64,000 bases of DNA from positions 3,392,001-3,456,000 of the forward strand of contig OZ242383.1 of assembly GCA_965209155.1 (NCBI GenBank). Direction: 5' to 3'. A model generated the notes under the pieces. It worked only from the letters and a program-made list of their open reading frames with translations. It made no database searches and was not told the origin of the DNA. Numbering within the stretch: the stretch's first letter is position 1; every line of letters starts with the position of its first letter. Positions 49,164-59,189 of this stretch are shown piece after piece. The translations under genes and the position numbers were made by a program. Source of the stretch: a bacterium. Lineage in GTDB: Bacteria; SAR324; NAC60-12.

Positions 49164-49733
49164 ATGCCGAATTCATTCCCGAATTGGATCACTCCCAATC
49201 GACTGACGCTCACCAGGGTCTTATTGATTCCCGTGATTTACGTTCTTGTTTTTCTGGATACTCAAATTTTGCTGGCCATCGCCTGGTTGCTTTTTTTCAT
49301 CGCCTGCATGACGGATTACTGGGATGGTTTACTGGCTCGCCAGACAGGCACTACGACCGATTTTGGCAGGTTAATGGATCCCATTGCAGACAAAATCCTG
49401 ATCATCTCTTTGTTGATACTTTTAGTCGGAATGGAGAGAGCGCCAGCGCACTTGACCGCTTTGATCATTGTGAGAGAATTTGCGGTGTCGGGATTGAGAT
49501 CGGTTGTGGTTGCTCAGGGGGTTGTGATTGCTGCGAGTAAGGAAAGCAAATATAAAACGATTTTGCAAATGTTCGCAGTGGGTTTTCTGATTCTGCACTA
49601 CCCCATTTTGGGGATTCCTTGCCACGAAGTGGGTATTGTTTTGCTCTGGGCAGCCACCTTATTTACCCTGTGGACGGGGGCGCGTTATTTTTTATCCTAC
49701 TACCAGGTTGCTTTTTCCGATAGCAGTTCTTGA
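49164..49733 (+). CDS. pgsA: CDP-diacylglycerol--glycerol-3-phosphate phosphatidyltransferase
   Basis: TPNRLT, TDYWDGLLAR..GRLMDPIADK, REFAVSGLR. Confidence 0.92.
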   Translation: MPNSFPNWITPNRLTLTRVLLIPVIYVLVFLDTQILLAIAWLLFFIACMTDYWDGLLARQTGTTTDFGRLMDPIADKILIISLLILLVGMERAPAHLTALIIVREFAVSGLRSVVVAQGVVIAASKESKYKTILQMFAVGFLILHYPILGIPCHEVGIVLLWAATLFTLWTGARYFLSYYQVAFSDSSS

Positions 49734-50693
49734 ACCAGAAAGATTGAACTGCATTTCCAGGTATTGCGGAATCCGCTGATCCAGCCAACCAATTGATTTC
49801 CAGGGCCACTTTCCTCCAATGAAACCGACGTGTCCCCCACGTGGTAATAGCTCCAGTTTAATCAGAGAAGACATTTCTTCTGTTCGAGGGATGGCATCGG
49901 GTGTCATGAAAGGGTCATCCTTCGCATGGATGATCAAGGTGGGTATTTGAATTGCCTTCAGGTAAGGTCGGCAACTTGCTGTCGCATAATAATGATCGAC
50001 GCCACGAAATCCATGGAGCGGAGCGGTGATACGATCGTCAAATTCCCGGATGGAAGGAATTGCTTTTATGAACCCGGCAGTGAAGGGCAGGGGGAGCACT
50101 GTCGATTTGCGCAGCGCCGAACGGCGTAAGAGACGCAGGAAGTACCAATGATAAATTCGAGAAAAGCCTTTTTCCAGACGACGCATTGCTTTTTCCAATT
50201 CAAATGGTACGGAAACGGCAACTGCGGCTTGAATGGGGAGGTTTGATCCGCTTTCCGCCATCCACTTCAACAATACGTTGCCCCCCAAAGAATAACCAAT
50301 CACCGCAAACGGCGTTTGTGGTTCTCTTTGGCGGAGCAAATCGACAAGACAGGCCAAATCATGGGTATGCCCGGCATGATAACTCTGTGGCAAACGATTC
50401 GCATGATAACCACAATTGCGAAAATGCATCAATACGCCTCGCCACCCTTTTTGATGGAAAGCAGCCAGGACACCTTGAATGTAATTCGACTCGATGCATC
50501 CTTCCAAACCATGCAGGACAATGACAATCGGTCCCTGTTTGCCCAAAGTCCATCTCAGGTCCAGGAAATCTCCATCATCGAGCTCCAGGAATTCCGGATT
50601 GGTTTCAACCTGCGGAGCTTTTCGCACCCATGAAGCCCAAATTGTCTGCGCATGAGCATGCGGCAACCACCAGGCCGGTTTGAAAGGCTGCAT
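49692..50693 (-). CDS. YheT-family alpha/beta hydrolase
   Basis: HAQTIW, HGLEG, GYSLGG, DDPF, GGHVGF. Confidence 0.9.
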   Translation of the reverse strand: MQPFKPAWWLPHAHAQTIWASWVRKAPQVETNPEFLELDDGDFLDLRWTLGKQGPIVIVLHGLEGCIESNYIQGVLAAFHQKGWRGVLMHFRNCGYHANRLPQSYHAGHTHDLACLVDLLRQREPQTPFAVIGYSLGGNVLLKWMAESGSNLPIQAAVAVSVPFELEKAMRRLEKGFSRIYHWYFLRLLRRSALRKSTVLPLPFTAGFIKAIPSIREFDDRITAPLHGFRGVDHYYATASCRPYLKAIQIPTLIIHAKDDPFMTPDAIPRTEEMSSLIKLELLPRGGHVGFIGGKWPWKSIGWLDQRIPQYLEMQFNLSGSRTAIGKSNLVVG

Positions 50694-50938
50694 TGAATTT
50701 CTCTCCGAGATATCAATTGAAAATCAATAACTGCCGGAAACGAGGAAATGGAAATCAGGAAAAGAAAACTTGATTCATTCAAGAGATCCGGCGTATATTA
50801 CCAGCAGTGAAAAAAACCCGCCGTCCATTCCATCTTGCGTTTCCGGTTTTTGGAATCGAGTTTTTCAAATAGATTATCGTTAATGTTTCAACGATTCAAG
50901 AGCGGTGTGACGCATTCACATTCAACCCATTGGATCTC

Positions 50939-51529
50939 ATGGCCCGTATTGCCGAAAAAATCCGTTCCACGACTGAAACAACCGTCGAAGTGCGTCTCGA
51001 CCTCGATGGTACCGGAAAATTCAAGATAGACACCGGGATCGGCTACCTCGATCATATGTTGCAACAATTTGCCTTTCACAGTCTTTTTGACCTGGTTCTC
51101 GAGTGCAAAGGCGATCTTCACATTGACGGCCACCATACCACCGAGGACGTTGCCATTACCTTGGCGGAAGCCTTTCAAGAGGCGTTGGGGGATAAAAAGG
51201 GAATTCGCCGTTACGCCCATGCTTACGTCCCGATGGATGAAGCGCTATTGCGCTCTGCACTCGACGTTTCAGGCCGTCCCGAGTTTCATTTTCAAGGAGA
51301 ATTCAACCACCCTGCCCTGGGAAAATTGGACACTCAATTGATTCCCCATTTTTTCAAATCATTTGCCATGGTGGCGCGAGTGACCCTTCATATGGCCATT
51401 TTGTATGGAGAAAACGACCATCACAAGTGCGAAGGATTATTCAAAAGCCTGGCTCGCGCTTTGCGCGATGCCGTGCAAATTGATCCACAACGGGAACAAA
51501 TCGCATCCACTAAAGGAACACTGAAATGA
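50939..51529 (+). CDS. hisB: Imidazoleglycerol-phosphate dehydratase
   Basis: DHML, HIDGHHTTED, PMDEAL, NDHHKCE, STKG. Confidence 0.96.
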   Translation: MARIAEKIRSTTETTVEVRLDLDGTGKFKIDTGIGYLDHMLQQFAFHSLFDLVLECKGDLHIDGHHTTEDVAITLAEAFQEALGDKKGIRRYAHAYVPMDEALLRSALDVSGRPEFHFQGEFNHPALGKLDTQLIPHFFKSFAMVARVTLHMAILYGENDHHKCEGLFKSLARALRDAVQIDPQREQIASTKGTLK

Positions 51530-52125
51530 ACGTCATTGTAGATTACCAGGCCGGCAATCTGGCCAATCTAAAAAATGCCTTGGATTACTTGGAACTGGAA
51601 AATCAAATTGCCACGAATGCGGAAACCATCAAAGACGCCAGCCACATCCTCATGCCCGGGGTTGGCGCCTTCCAGCCTGCCATGGGAAACCTGCGAAAAT
51701 CAGGGATGATGGAAGCTATCCTGGAGCAAATTGATGCGGGAGTGCCGTTCCTGGGAATCTGCCTCGGCTTGCAGCTTCTGTTCAGTGAAGGTTGGGAAGG
51801 GGGCAAGCATGAAGGGCTGGGAATTATCGAAGGTGTAGTAGTGCGCTTTGATCATGAATTGAAAATTCCTCAAATGGGATGGAATCAAGTCGTTTATTGC
51901 CGGGAAGATCCCCTTTTTCGGAATATTCCGGACAACAGTCACTTTTATTTTGTCCACTCTTACCATGGGGTTCCCGAAAATGCGGAGGTCACGCTGGCCC
52001 AAACGGACTATGGCATCCCCTTCACTTCCGTGTTGCATTCAGAGAACGTTTGGGGGGTGCAGTTTCACCCTGAAAAAAGTCAATCAGTCGGCTTGCGGTT
52101 GTTGAATAATTTTTGTCATCTCTAA
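51526..52125 (+). CDS. hisH: Imidazole glycerol phosphate synthase, glutaminase subunit
   Basis: PGVGAF, GICLG, YFVHSY, QFHPEKS. Confidence 0.96.
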   Translation: MNVIVDYQAGNLANLKNALDYLELENQIATNAETIKDASHILMPGVGAFQPAMGNLRKSGMMEAILEQIDAGVPFLGICLGLQLLFSEGWEGGKHEGLGIIEGVVVRFDHELKIPQMGWNQVVYCREDPLFRNIPDNSHFYFVHSYHGVPENAEVTLAQTDYGIPFTSVLHSENVWGVQFHPEKSQSVGLRLLNNFCHL

Positions 52126-52179
52126 GCCGGACTGCCGGGTTGACGAATCCAGGGAATTCATTTGAGAGAGGAAGAAAAA

Positions 52180-52608
52180 ATGGCAAAAGAGCAAACATTG
52201 TCAATTATTAAACCCGATGGGGTTTGCCGGAATATAATTGGAAAACTCCTCAGTCGATTCGAAAACAACGGGTTGCAGGTGGTCGCCATGAAAATGATCC
52301 ACCTGACTAAAAGGGAAGCGGAAGGTTTTTATGCCGTGCACAAGGAACGTCCTTTTTTCAGCAGTTTGACCGATTACATGAGTTCGGGACCGATCGTCGT
52401 GCAGGTGCTTGAAGGCGAGAATGCGATTGCCAGAAACAGGGAAATCATGGGAGCTACCAATCCTGCGGAAGCGGAGGAAGGGAGCATCCGAAAAGACTAT
52501 GCCCTCGATATCGAGCAAAACACCGTGCATGGCTCCGATAGTGCGGAATCAGCTGCCAGCGAAATCGCCTATTTCTTTGCAATTACGGAATTGGTCCATC
52601 CTTCCTGA
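52180..52608 (+). CDS. ndk: Nucleoside-diphosphate kinase
   Basis: [22 protein letters not shown]. Confidence 0.97.
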   Translation: MAKEQTLSIIKPDGVCRNIIGKLLSRFENNGLQVVAMKMIHLTKREAEGFYAVHKERPFFSSLTDYMSSGPIVVQVLEGENAIARNREIMGATNPAEAEEGSIRKDYALDIEQNTVHGSDSAESAASEIAYFFAITELVHPS

Positions 52609-52698
52609 GTACCAGCCGAAGTTGCTTTACTCCACTTGCAAAGTCGATACCCACCCTGTCCGCTTCGCGTCCATAATGACGTAAATCAGAGTTTTATC

Positions 52699-52783
52699 TT
52701 TTATTATGATACAATTATTTTAAAATTTTGATCTTGTTTTATTACAAAGATATTAGTAATAATGTCTTATTTTATAACAAAAG
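52699..52783. repeat. AT-rich direct repeats at 33-bp spacing upstream of the AAA/DUF4143 gene
   Basis: TCTTGTTTTATTACAAA (52732), TCTTATTTTATAACAAA (52765), weaker TTTTATTATGATACAA (52699). Confidence 0.5.
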
Positions 52784-52915
52784 CTATGCTTGTACAACGC
52801 GGCGAAAATTCTTTTATAGTTGAAGTTCCTCAGGCATGACACGGAAGTGATAAACGAACTTTTACCGCAGTCCAGCTTGAAGACAAATTGAAGAATTAAT
52901 GAGCGATATTCTGCT

Positions 52916-54265
52916 GTGTTCCCACGATTGATTCTCTCTCAATTAAAAGACTGGGCTGCTTCTTCCGACAGAAAACCTTTGATTCTGCGAGGAGCTCGAC
53001 AGGTGGGCAAAACAGTAGCCGTTCAATTGTTTGGAAAACAATTTGATCATTTCATTCACCTCAACCTGGATATCCCGCAAGAAGGTGATATCTTTCGGCG
53101 CAAATTGCCAATTCACGACCTTTACCAGGCCATTTTACTGAGACATCAAATTACAGCTGACAAGCGGTCCGTTCTTTTATTTTTGGATGAGATTCAGAAC
53201 TGCCCTGAAGCAGTGGAAATGCTGCGTTATTTCTACGAAAGTTTGCCGAAAGTCCATGTCATTGCGGCCGGCTCTTTGTTGGAAATCGCTCTCCATGAAA
53301 AGCATATCAGTTTTCCTGTAGGCCGGGTGGAGCACCGCTTTATGTATCCGCTGACCTTTGAAGAATTTCTCATTGCACTCCAAGCGGACCAGGCGGTGGA
53401 ACTCCTCCATACGATCCCTTTCCCTTCCTTTGCTTATGATACGGTTTTGGATTATTTCCATCGCTATACACTGATTGGCGGGATGCCGGAAGTCGTTGCC
53501 CAATATTTACAAACTCGCGATGTCGCTACCTTACCCCATATCTATAGTGCCCTGTTGATCTCCTATACGGATGATATTGAAAAATATGCCCGCAATTCCA
53601 CTATGGCCTCTATTTTGAGACATTGTTTGGAAACCGCCCCCTTTGTTGCGGGCGAAAGAATTGCATTTGCCGGTTTTGGAAAATCGAATTATCGATCACG
53701 TGAAGTGGGCGAAGCCTTGAGGACCCTGCAGCGAGCCATGCTCATTACGTTAGTCTACCCCTCGACAGCCTTAGAAATTCCCATAATTCCTGATCTTAAA
53801 AAAAAACCGCGTCTGCAATTCCTGGACACCGGCTTGCTCAATTTTTGTGTAGGTTTACAAGGACAATATTTTCTCTACTCCGACTTGCACTCTTTTTACA
53901 AAGGCATCCTGGCAGAACATATTGTGGGTCAAGAGTTGATCAGCCATGTGGTCAACAACCGAAAAAAGCAGTGTTTCTGGGTACGTGAAAAGAACCAATC
54001 GCAGGCAGAAGTCGATTTTATCATACAGTATCGCGAACAAATTGTCCCGATTGAAGTGAAAGCTGGTGCTAGCGGAAAACTGAGGTCTCTGCATCAATTC
54101 ATAGACCGCAGCCCGCATCCTTTTGCCGTTCGCCTTTATTCCGGAAAGTTAGAAAAACAACAGACCATCACCACTGGGGGAAAGCCATTTACTTTGCTCA
54201 ATTTACCTTATTTCCTCGCCTCTCGAGTTCAAGCCTATCTGGACGGGATGCTCCATCCTTCCTGA
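52916..54265 (+). CDS. AAA_14 ATPase with DUF4143 and C-terminal PD-(D/E)xK-like domain
   Basis: GARQVGKT, FLDEIQ, GGMPE, DTGLL, EVDF..PIEVKAG. Confidence 0.9.
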   Translation: MFPRLILSQLKDWAASSDRKPLILRGARQVGKTVAVQLFGKQFDHFIHLNLDIPQEGDIFRRKLPIHDLYQAILLRHQITADKRSVLLFLDEIQNCPEAVEMLRYFYESLPKVHVIAAGSLLEIALHEKHISFPVGRVEHRFMYPLTFEEFLIALQADQAVELLHTIPFPSFAYDTVLDYFHRYTLIGGMPEVVAQYLQTRDVATLPHIYSALLISYTDDIEKYARNSTMASILRHCLETAPFVAGERIAFAGFGKSNYRSREVGEALRTLQRAMLITLVYPSTALEIPIIPDLKKKPRLQFLDTGLLNFCVGLQGQYFLYSDLHSFYKGILAEHIVGQELISHVVNNRKKQCFWVREKNQSQAEVDFIIQYREQIVPIEVKAGASGKLRSLHQFIDRSPHPFAVRLYSGKLEKQQTITTGGKPFTLLNLPYFLASRVQAYLDGMLHPS

Positions 54266-54301
54266 ATGAGAAAAGCGCAACTCAAGATAGGCTCTCGACG
54301 G

Positions 54302-54328
54302 GGGACGGCAAGCGAGTGTTGCCGTCCC
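54302..54328. terminator. Hairpin between convergent genes
   Basis: GGGACGGCAA-N7-TTGCCGTCCC perfect 10-bp stem, no clear U tract. Confidence 0.5.
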
Positions 54329-54351
54329 TGGTGGGTCATTTGATGATGCGC

Positions 54352-56118
54352 TTAGAATCCCATTTCTTTCTTCAGCGCCTGGTCGACCCAGACCCGGGTC
54401 AAGACCGTCGAATAATGGCCATTTTTGGAGACACTGACCTCGCCGTTGTAACCCTTGATCCACGGCTGGGCGACGTTGAACTGGGGGGTCAGGGGACCCG
54501 TGATAATCCATTGCAGTTCGGAGAGGCGCAAATTCGCCGCTTTGGCCCACCGATTAAACTCCTCGATGGTGGCAGCGGTGTGGGCACGCTGCCAGAGTTC
54601 ATCATATTTCGAATCGCTCCCCGCAGCCCCGTTCCACATGTCCCCAGTGGTCCACCTTTCTAGTTGTGTGGCTTCATACGTTATGGCCGTGACCGCACCG
54701 ATCAATCCCTCTGCAGTATTGTCTCTCCAATACGCCGTGGTTTGTGTCGCGTCGGCCGTGTAGTTCTCGACTTCCACGCCAATCGCACGCCAATAAGCAG
54801 TGACGAGTTCCGCGTAGCTTGGATCGGCGCGCACGTCGTAGTCCAAACGGGTCTTGAAGCCATTGGGGTGGCCCGCTTCAGCCAGCAGCTTTTTCGCGCC
54901 TTCCGGATCATAGCGGTAGTAGGGCTTGATCTCTTCGGGCCACTCCTCGAAGGGCGTACCCACTCCCGCCTTGGAATTGGCCATCAGTCCGTTCGGGGTC
55001 GGATCGCCAAAACCGCTGAAGAAGGTCTCATTGATCGTCTCCAGGTCCAGCGCCATCTGCATGGCCTGGCGCACCCGGATGTCATTGAAGGGCGGTTTGT
55101 TGATATTGTTGAATACAAATCCGGTGCCGGCCCGAAAATCGAAGTTCCACATCTTGATCTCGGGATTGGTCTGGCGCAGGCTTTTGACCTGATCGATGGA
55201 GCGCAATTGAGAGTCGCCGGCCGTCCCGAGAATATCAATCTTCCCCGAGCGCAGGGCCGCCAGCCGGGTCGCCATATCCGTCATGACGATGGCGTTGATC
55301 TCGTCAACGTAGGGCAAACGGTTTGCAGGAAACTTCTCGTCGAAGCCCCAGTAGTTGTCAACCCGGGTCCACTTCATAGCACGGCCTTCGTCGTAGTTCG
55401 CCAGCTCCATGGGCCCCGTGCCCACCAGGTTCCTCCAATCGGTAATGTCCCCGTGTTCTTTAATGACCTCCGGAGGGTAGATCTGGGACTCCCAGCCGTC
55501 GAGTAATTTAGCCAAGGAGTGCAGGTCTGGCCGCTTCAGCTTAAAGACCACCGTCCATTTGTCAGTGGCCGTTACCGAATCAATGATTTCTTTTTTAGTC
55601 CCAGTCACGGGGCTGACTTCCGTGAAGCCGCTGCCCAGCCCATAGAGACGATGAAAGTTGAATTCGACATCGCTGGCGGTCAATTCTCTGCCATTCATTG
55701 GAGCCTTGTCGTGCCAGTTCACCCCCTTGCGGACGTGGACGATGATCGTGGTCGGGTCGGGGGTCAACCACCGTTCCGCCAACGCCCCTCGAAATACAGA
55801 CCAGGGCATGTCGTAGGTCCGCAAGTGATTGATTTTCCGATCGATCGCCCAATCCGCGATGACGAGCTTCTCGGTGACCTCGCTGACGAAATGGGTCGCC
55901 CAGCCGCCGATGAACCAGGCATCGGTATGCTCCCCATGGTTGGGCCGGCCATAGGTAATGGTCCCGCCATACTGCGGCGCTTCCACCATCTCGCCGGTGC
56001 TGGGGTCCAACACCATCTCGGCTGCGATGACCGAACTGACCCCGAAAGCGGCCACCATCAGGATGAAGGTTAATAAAAATGATTGAATCGTTCTTTTTTC
56101 TTTTACGAACTTTGTCAT
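54352..56118 (-). CDS. ABC transporter substrate-binding protein, family 5, no partner genes adjacent
   Basis: Signal peptide, PQYGG, VGTGP, DIRVRQAM, YDPEGAKKLLAEAG; AAGGAGG RBS; GC-rich. Confidence 0.92.
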   Translation of the reverse strand: MTKFVKEKRTIQSFLLTFILMVAAFGVSSVIAAEMVLDPSTGEMVEAPQYGGTITYGRPNHGEHTDAWFIGGWATHFVSEVTEKLVIADWAIDRKINHLRTYDMPWSVFRGALAERWLTPDPTTIIVHVRKGVNWHDKAPMNGRELTASDVEFNFHRLYGLGSGFTEVSPVTGTKKEIIDSVTATDKWTVVFKLKRPDLHSLAKLLDGWESQIYPPEVIKEHGDITDWRNLVGTGPMELANYDEGRAMKWTRVDNYWGFDEKFPANRLPYVDEINAIVMTDMATRLAALRSGKIDILGTAGDSQLRSIDQVKSLRQTNPEIKMWNFDFRAGTGFVFNNINKPPFNDIRVRQAMQMALDLETINETFFSGFGDPTPNGLMANSKAGVGTPFEEWPEEIKPYYRYDPEGAKKLLAEAGHPNGFKTRLDYDVRADPSYAELVTAYWRAIGVEVENYTADATQTTAYWRDNTAEGLIGAVTAITYEATQLERWTTGDMWNGAAGSDSKYDELWQRAHTAATIEEFNRWAKAANLRLSELQWIITGPLTPQFNVAQPWIKGYNGEVSVSKNGHYSTVLTRVWVDQALKKEMGF

Positions 56119-56235
56119 AAATCCTCCTTATTGGTTTGACAAAGGTGATCCCCTGAAACAAGGGCATTTAAGGACCCGTGGAAACCGTTTGAAATTCCGG
56201 GCCTTCTTCACCCACCATTGGGTAAATGAAAGTCC

Positions 56236-56263
56236 TGTATACGCCCCCCCCCGGAAATGTCAA
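56236..56263 (-). promoter_or_regulatory. Putative sigma70 promoter with G9 tract in the spacer
   Basis: Minus strand TTGACA-TTTCC-GGGGGGGGG-CG-TATACA (16-bp spacer). Confidence 0.5.
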
Positions 56264-56385
56264 GAAAAAAATGCAAAAAAATCAAATCCGGTTTTCAAAA
56301 TTTAAAAACTCAAAGTTGTGGTTTTTTGAGTTGATAAGAGAAATCTTGGAGATTTTTATCGGTTCAGAGCAGGAAACGGTTTTCT

Positions 56386-57300
56386 TTATTGTAGAGAGGC
56401 AAAAATCGAACAGTAACTTTGATATCGAATGGGAGAAATCTTTTTTTCGGCCACGGCGTACCGCACGCCACAATCGGGTTCGTGTCGATGAGTACACCCT
56501 TTGAAGCGGCATTGAAGGCGTGCTTGTTCAAACTCCACAAAATACCGATCCAATTCTCCGGGAACCACTCGAGAAAGTCCCAATTCTCGAACACCTGGCG
56601 TATCAGCCACGTATCCACCCCCTGGCAAGCGATGCATTTCCGGCATGACGGTGGTGTGTCTCCCTTTTTGAGTGATTGAGTTCAAACGACCGATTTTGAT
56701 GTTCCACCGCGGGAACAAGGCTTTCAGCAATGAAGATTTTCCCACGCCTGAATGCCCGGCCAGAACGCAAGTTTGATTTTTTAATAAATCATGGAAGCGA
56801 TTAAGCCCTGCACGGGAAATCACGCTGGTCAACAAAACCGGATATCCCAGACTCTGGTAAGATTCCCGGATGGCATGGATGGCTTTCGTTTCTCCCAAAT
56901 CCACTTTATTGAGGACGAGGGTGGGACGGAGCCCGCCTTTTTGAGCAGTGATCAGGTAACGATCCACCATCCCGGATCGAAATGACGGATTCTTGATAGA
57001 ACTGACTATCAGTAAATGGTCTACGTTACTGATCAAAACCTGTTCGTCTTTCCCTTCTTTAACAGGACGAGCCAGTTGACTGCGGCGTGGTAGAATTTTG
57101 TAAATCCATCCTGCATCTTCTGCCGCATTGGGATCAATTTCCACCCGATCTCCCACAGCAACCGGGTTTTTTTGAATTTTTTCCTGAAATAGATTTCCCT
57201 TGATCCGGCATAAATGCACAGTATCGGCAACATCGACATAATAAAATCCCTTGACTCGTTTCAAAACTGTACCGACTTGACGATGGCTCTGATCTGGCAT
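56386..57300 (-). CDS. rsgA: Ribosome small subunit-dependent GTPase A
   Basis: NKVD, GHSGVGKS, GRHTT, DTPG, CRFKGCTHRHEPDC. Confidence 0.96.
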   Translation of the reverse strand: MPDQSHRQVGTVLKRVKGFYYVDVADTVHLCRIKGNLFQEKIQKNPVAVGDRVEIDPNAAEDAGWIYKILPRRSQLARPVKEGKDEQVLISNVDHLLIVSSIKNPSFRSGMVDRYLITAQKGGLRPTLVLNKVDLGETKAIHAIRESYQSLGYPVLLTSVISRAGLNRFHDLLKNQTCVLAGHSGVGKSSLLKALFPRWNIKIGRLNSITQKGRHTTVMPEMHRLPGGGYVADTPGVRELGLSRVVPGELDRYFVEFEQARLQCRFKGCTHRHEPDCGVRYAVAEKKISPIRYQSYCSIFASLQ

Positions 57301-57766
57301 CTGCTTCTAGGAGAGGAATAGGGAAGAAGGGAGAGAAAAGGTACCGTTTTCTATTGGAAGAGAAGGGGTTGCCATTTGTGAAATTCGTGTTAACTTTATT
57401 ATTCAATCCCTGAAAAATGACGATTTCGGATTATCCCAACAGTGTTTTATCCTCTTTCCTATTGGAACAGGAAGGGGCATTTTGTTGGGATAAATCGTAA
57501 AACAAACGCATGGTCGGGATTGCTCCCGGGAGTAACGGAACGATTTTCGCAATTCTCGAAGTCTCGTAAAATACCATAGTTTTGAATGCAACGGTACGGA
57601 TTTTGTAATTCATTAAAATAAAACCGAATTCATTCTTGATTCCCGGGTGGAATTCACGAATGATCAACATTTTCAATTTTTGTATAACATCAATAATATG
57701 GATGGATAAATGAAAAGAAAAAAAGGGTTTTATCAAAACTGGAAAATCAACTATCGAATTAACTCC

Positions 57767-58204
57767 ATGGTCAGGGTTTTGCTTGTAATTGTTGTGGGTC
57801 TCGCAATTGCTCCGCAAACCTGGGCTCTTTGCGTTCAAGTAAAAAAGGCAAACCTGCGTCAAGGACCGAGTACGAAATACGAAAAGCTCTGGGAAGTGTA
57901 CCAGTACATGCCTTTCAAGAAGCTGGAAGCAAAAGGGGACTGGCTGAAGGTTTCCGACGTCGATGGAGACATCTATTGGATTTACAAGAATCTCACCACT
58001 GAGGAGTATCATTGCGCAGTGATCAAGATCGACAAAGCAAATCTGCGTGAAGGTCCCGGAACAAATTATTCCCAGGTGTCCTGGAGCCCGAGGGATAAAT
58101 ATTATTCAATGAAAGTGCTCAATATTCAAGGGAAATGGGTCCGCATCGAAGACTACGAGGGAGATGTCGCATGGATCCATCGATCCCTGGTTTGGATTCA
58201 GTAG
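57767..58204 (+). CDS. Exported tandem SH3 (SH3_3/SH3_4) domain protein
   Basis: Signal peptide and two ANLRxGP..W..V.D..G..WI repeats. Confidence 0.85.
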   Translation: MVRVLLVIVVGLAIAPQTWALCVQVKKANLRQGPSTKYEKLWEVYQYMPFKKLEAKGDWLKVSDVDGDIYWIYKNLTTEEYHCAVIKIDKANLREGPGTNYSQVSWSPRDKYYSMKVLNIQGKWVRIEDYEGDVAWIHRSLVWIQ

Positions 58205-58215
58205 TTCACGAAATG

Positions 58216-59118
58216 TCATTGAAGCACTTGAAACCAGCCTTTATCCGCGTCCAGGGATACTAATGAACCCAGGGGAAGGGTGACACTGACTGGTCCGTGT
58301 CCGGATGGGAGTTTGCAGGCAACCGGGAAACGAACACCTTTGAAAAAATCGCTCAACATTTCCCACAAGATCGAATCCGTTCCTTCGCAGCCAACCATCT
58401 CCCCCAAAATCAGTCCCTGGAGATTGTCCAGTTTTTCCGCATTTTTTAAATGCGTGAGCATCCGGTCCACTCGGTAGGGAGCCTCGGCCGTGTCTTCCAG
58501 AAATAATATTTTACCCTCCGTATCTATTTCATAAAAGGTTCCCAGAGAAGCCACAACCAGGGAGAGGCAACCCCCCGTGAGGACGCCGGTCGCTTTTCCG
58601 TGGCGGAGCGCTTGCACCGGAAGGAGTGGGAGATGCTTTGCGGAAAACAGCGTCTCATACAAGAATCGTTGGGTTTCTTGATTTCCCACGCTTTCCAGAA
58701 ATTGGGCAGTGGCCAGGTTGGGACCGTGGAAAACCACCATCCGGCATATTTTTTGTAGATAGAGCAGCAGGCTGGTGGCATCGCTCGAAGCGACAACGAT
58801 TTTTTGATGCCCTGCTATCGCGGAAGAATCCATCAATCTCAAAATCCGGGAAGCCCCATATCCTCCCCTGGTGACAAATAGGGCCTTCAGGTTTGAATCC
58901 GTATAAAAATCTTGAAATTGCCTGGCGCGATGGCGATCGTTTCCTGCCAGGTAAAAATGACGAAGATCCCAACCCGGCTGTAACTTGACTTGCAAACCCC
59001 AACTCTCCAATATAGCGATGGCTTCTGTGACCAGGCGCTCCCGTCCACGGGGTTGATGACTACAAGGAGCGACCAGTCCGACCTGGTCGCCGGGTCTGAG
59101 TTTTTGAGGAATCTTCAC
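58216..59118 (-). CDS. LD-carboxypeptidase (peptidase S66)
   Basis: RGGYG, ASSDAT, GGCL, LFLED..YRVDRML, SGH. Confidence 0.9.
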   Translation of the reverse strand: MKIPQKLRPGDQVGLVAPCSHQPRGRERLVTEAIAILESWGLQVKLQPGWDLRHFYLAGNDRHRARQFQDFYTDSNLKALFVTRGGYGASRILRLMDSSAIAGHQKIVVASSDATSLLLYLQKICRMVVFHGPNLATAQFLESVGNQETQRFLYETLFSAKHLPLLPVQALRHGKATGVLTGGCLSLVVASLGTFYEIDTEGKILFLEDTAEAPYRVDRMLTHLKNAEKLDNLQGLILGEMVGCEGTDSILWEMLSDFFKGVRFPVACKLPSGHGPVSVTLPLGSLVSLDADKGWFQVLQ

Positions 59119-59189
59119 GGGTTGTCTCTCGTTTCAGGAGGAAAACTCTTCAAGGTCGATCATAGCACAATCATTGGCAGAGGGTCATA

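Noticed and set aside
54664..56167. Long alternative-frame ORFs (280, 184 and 190 aa), and similar ones at 21615-22385, 17563-18186 and 57431-58012
   Set aside because: Shadows of well-supported genes, with no family motifs
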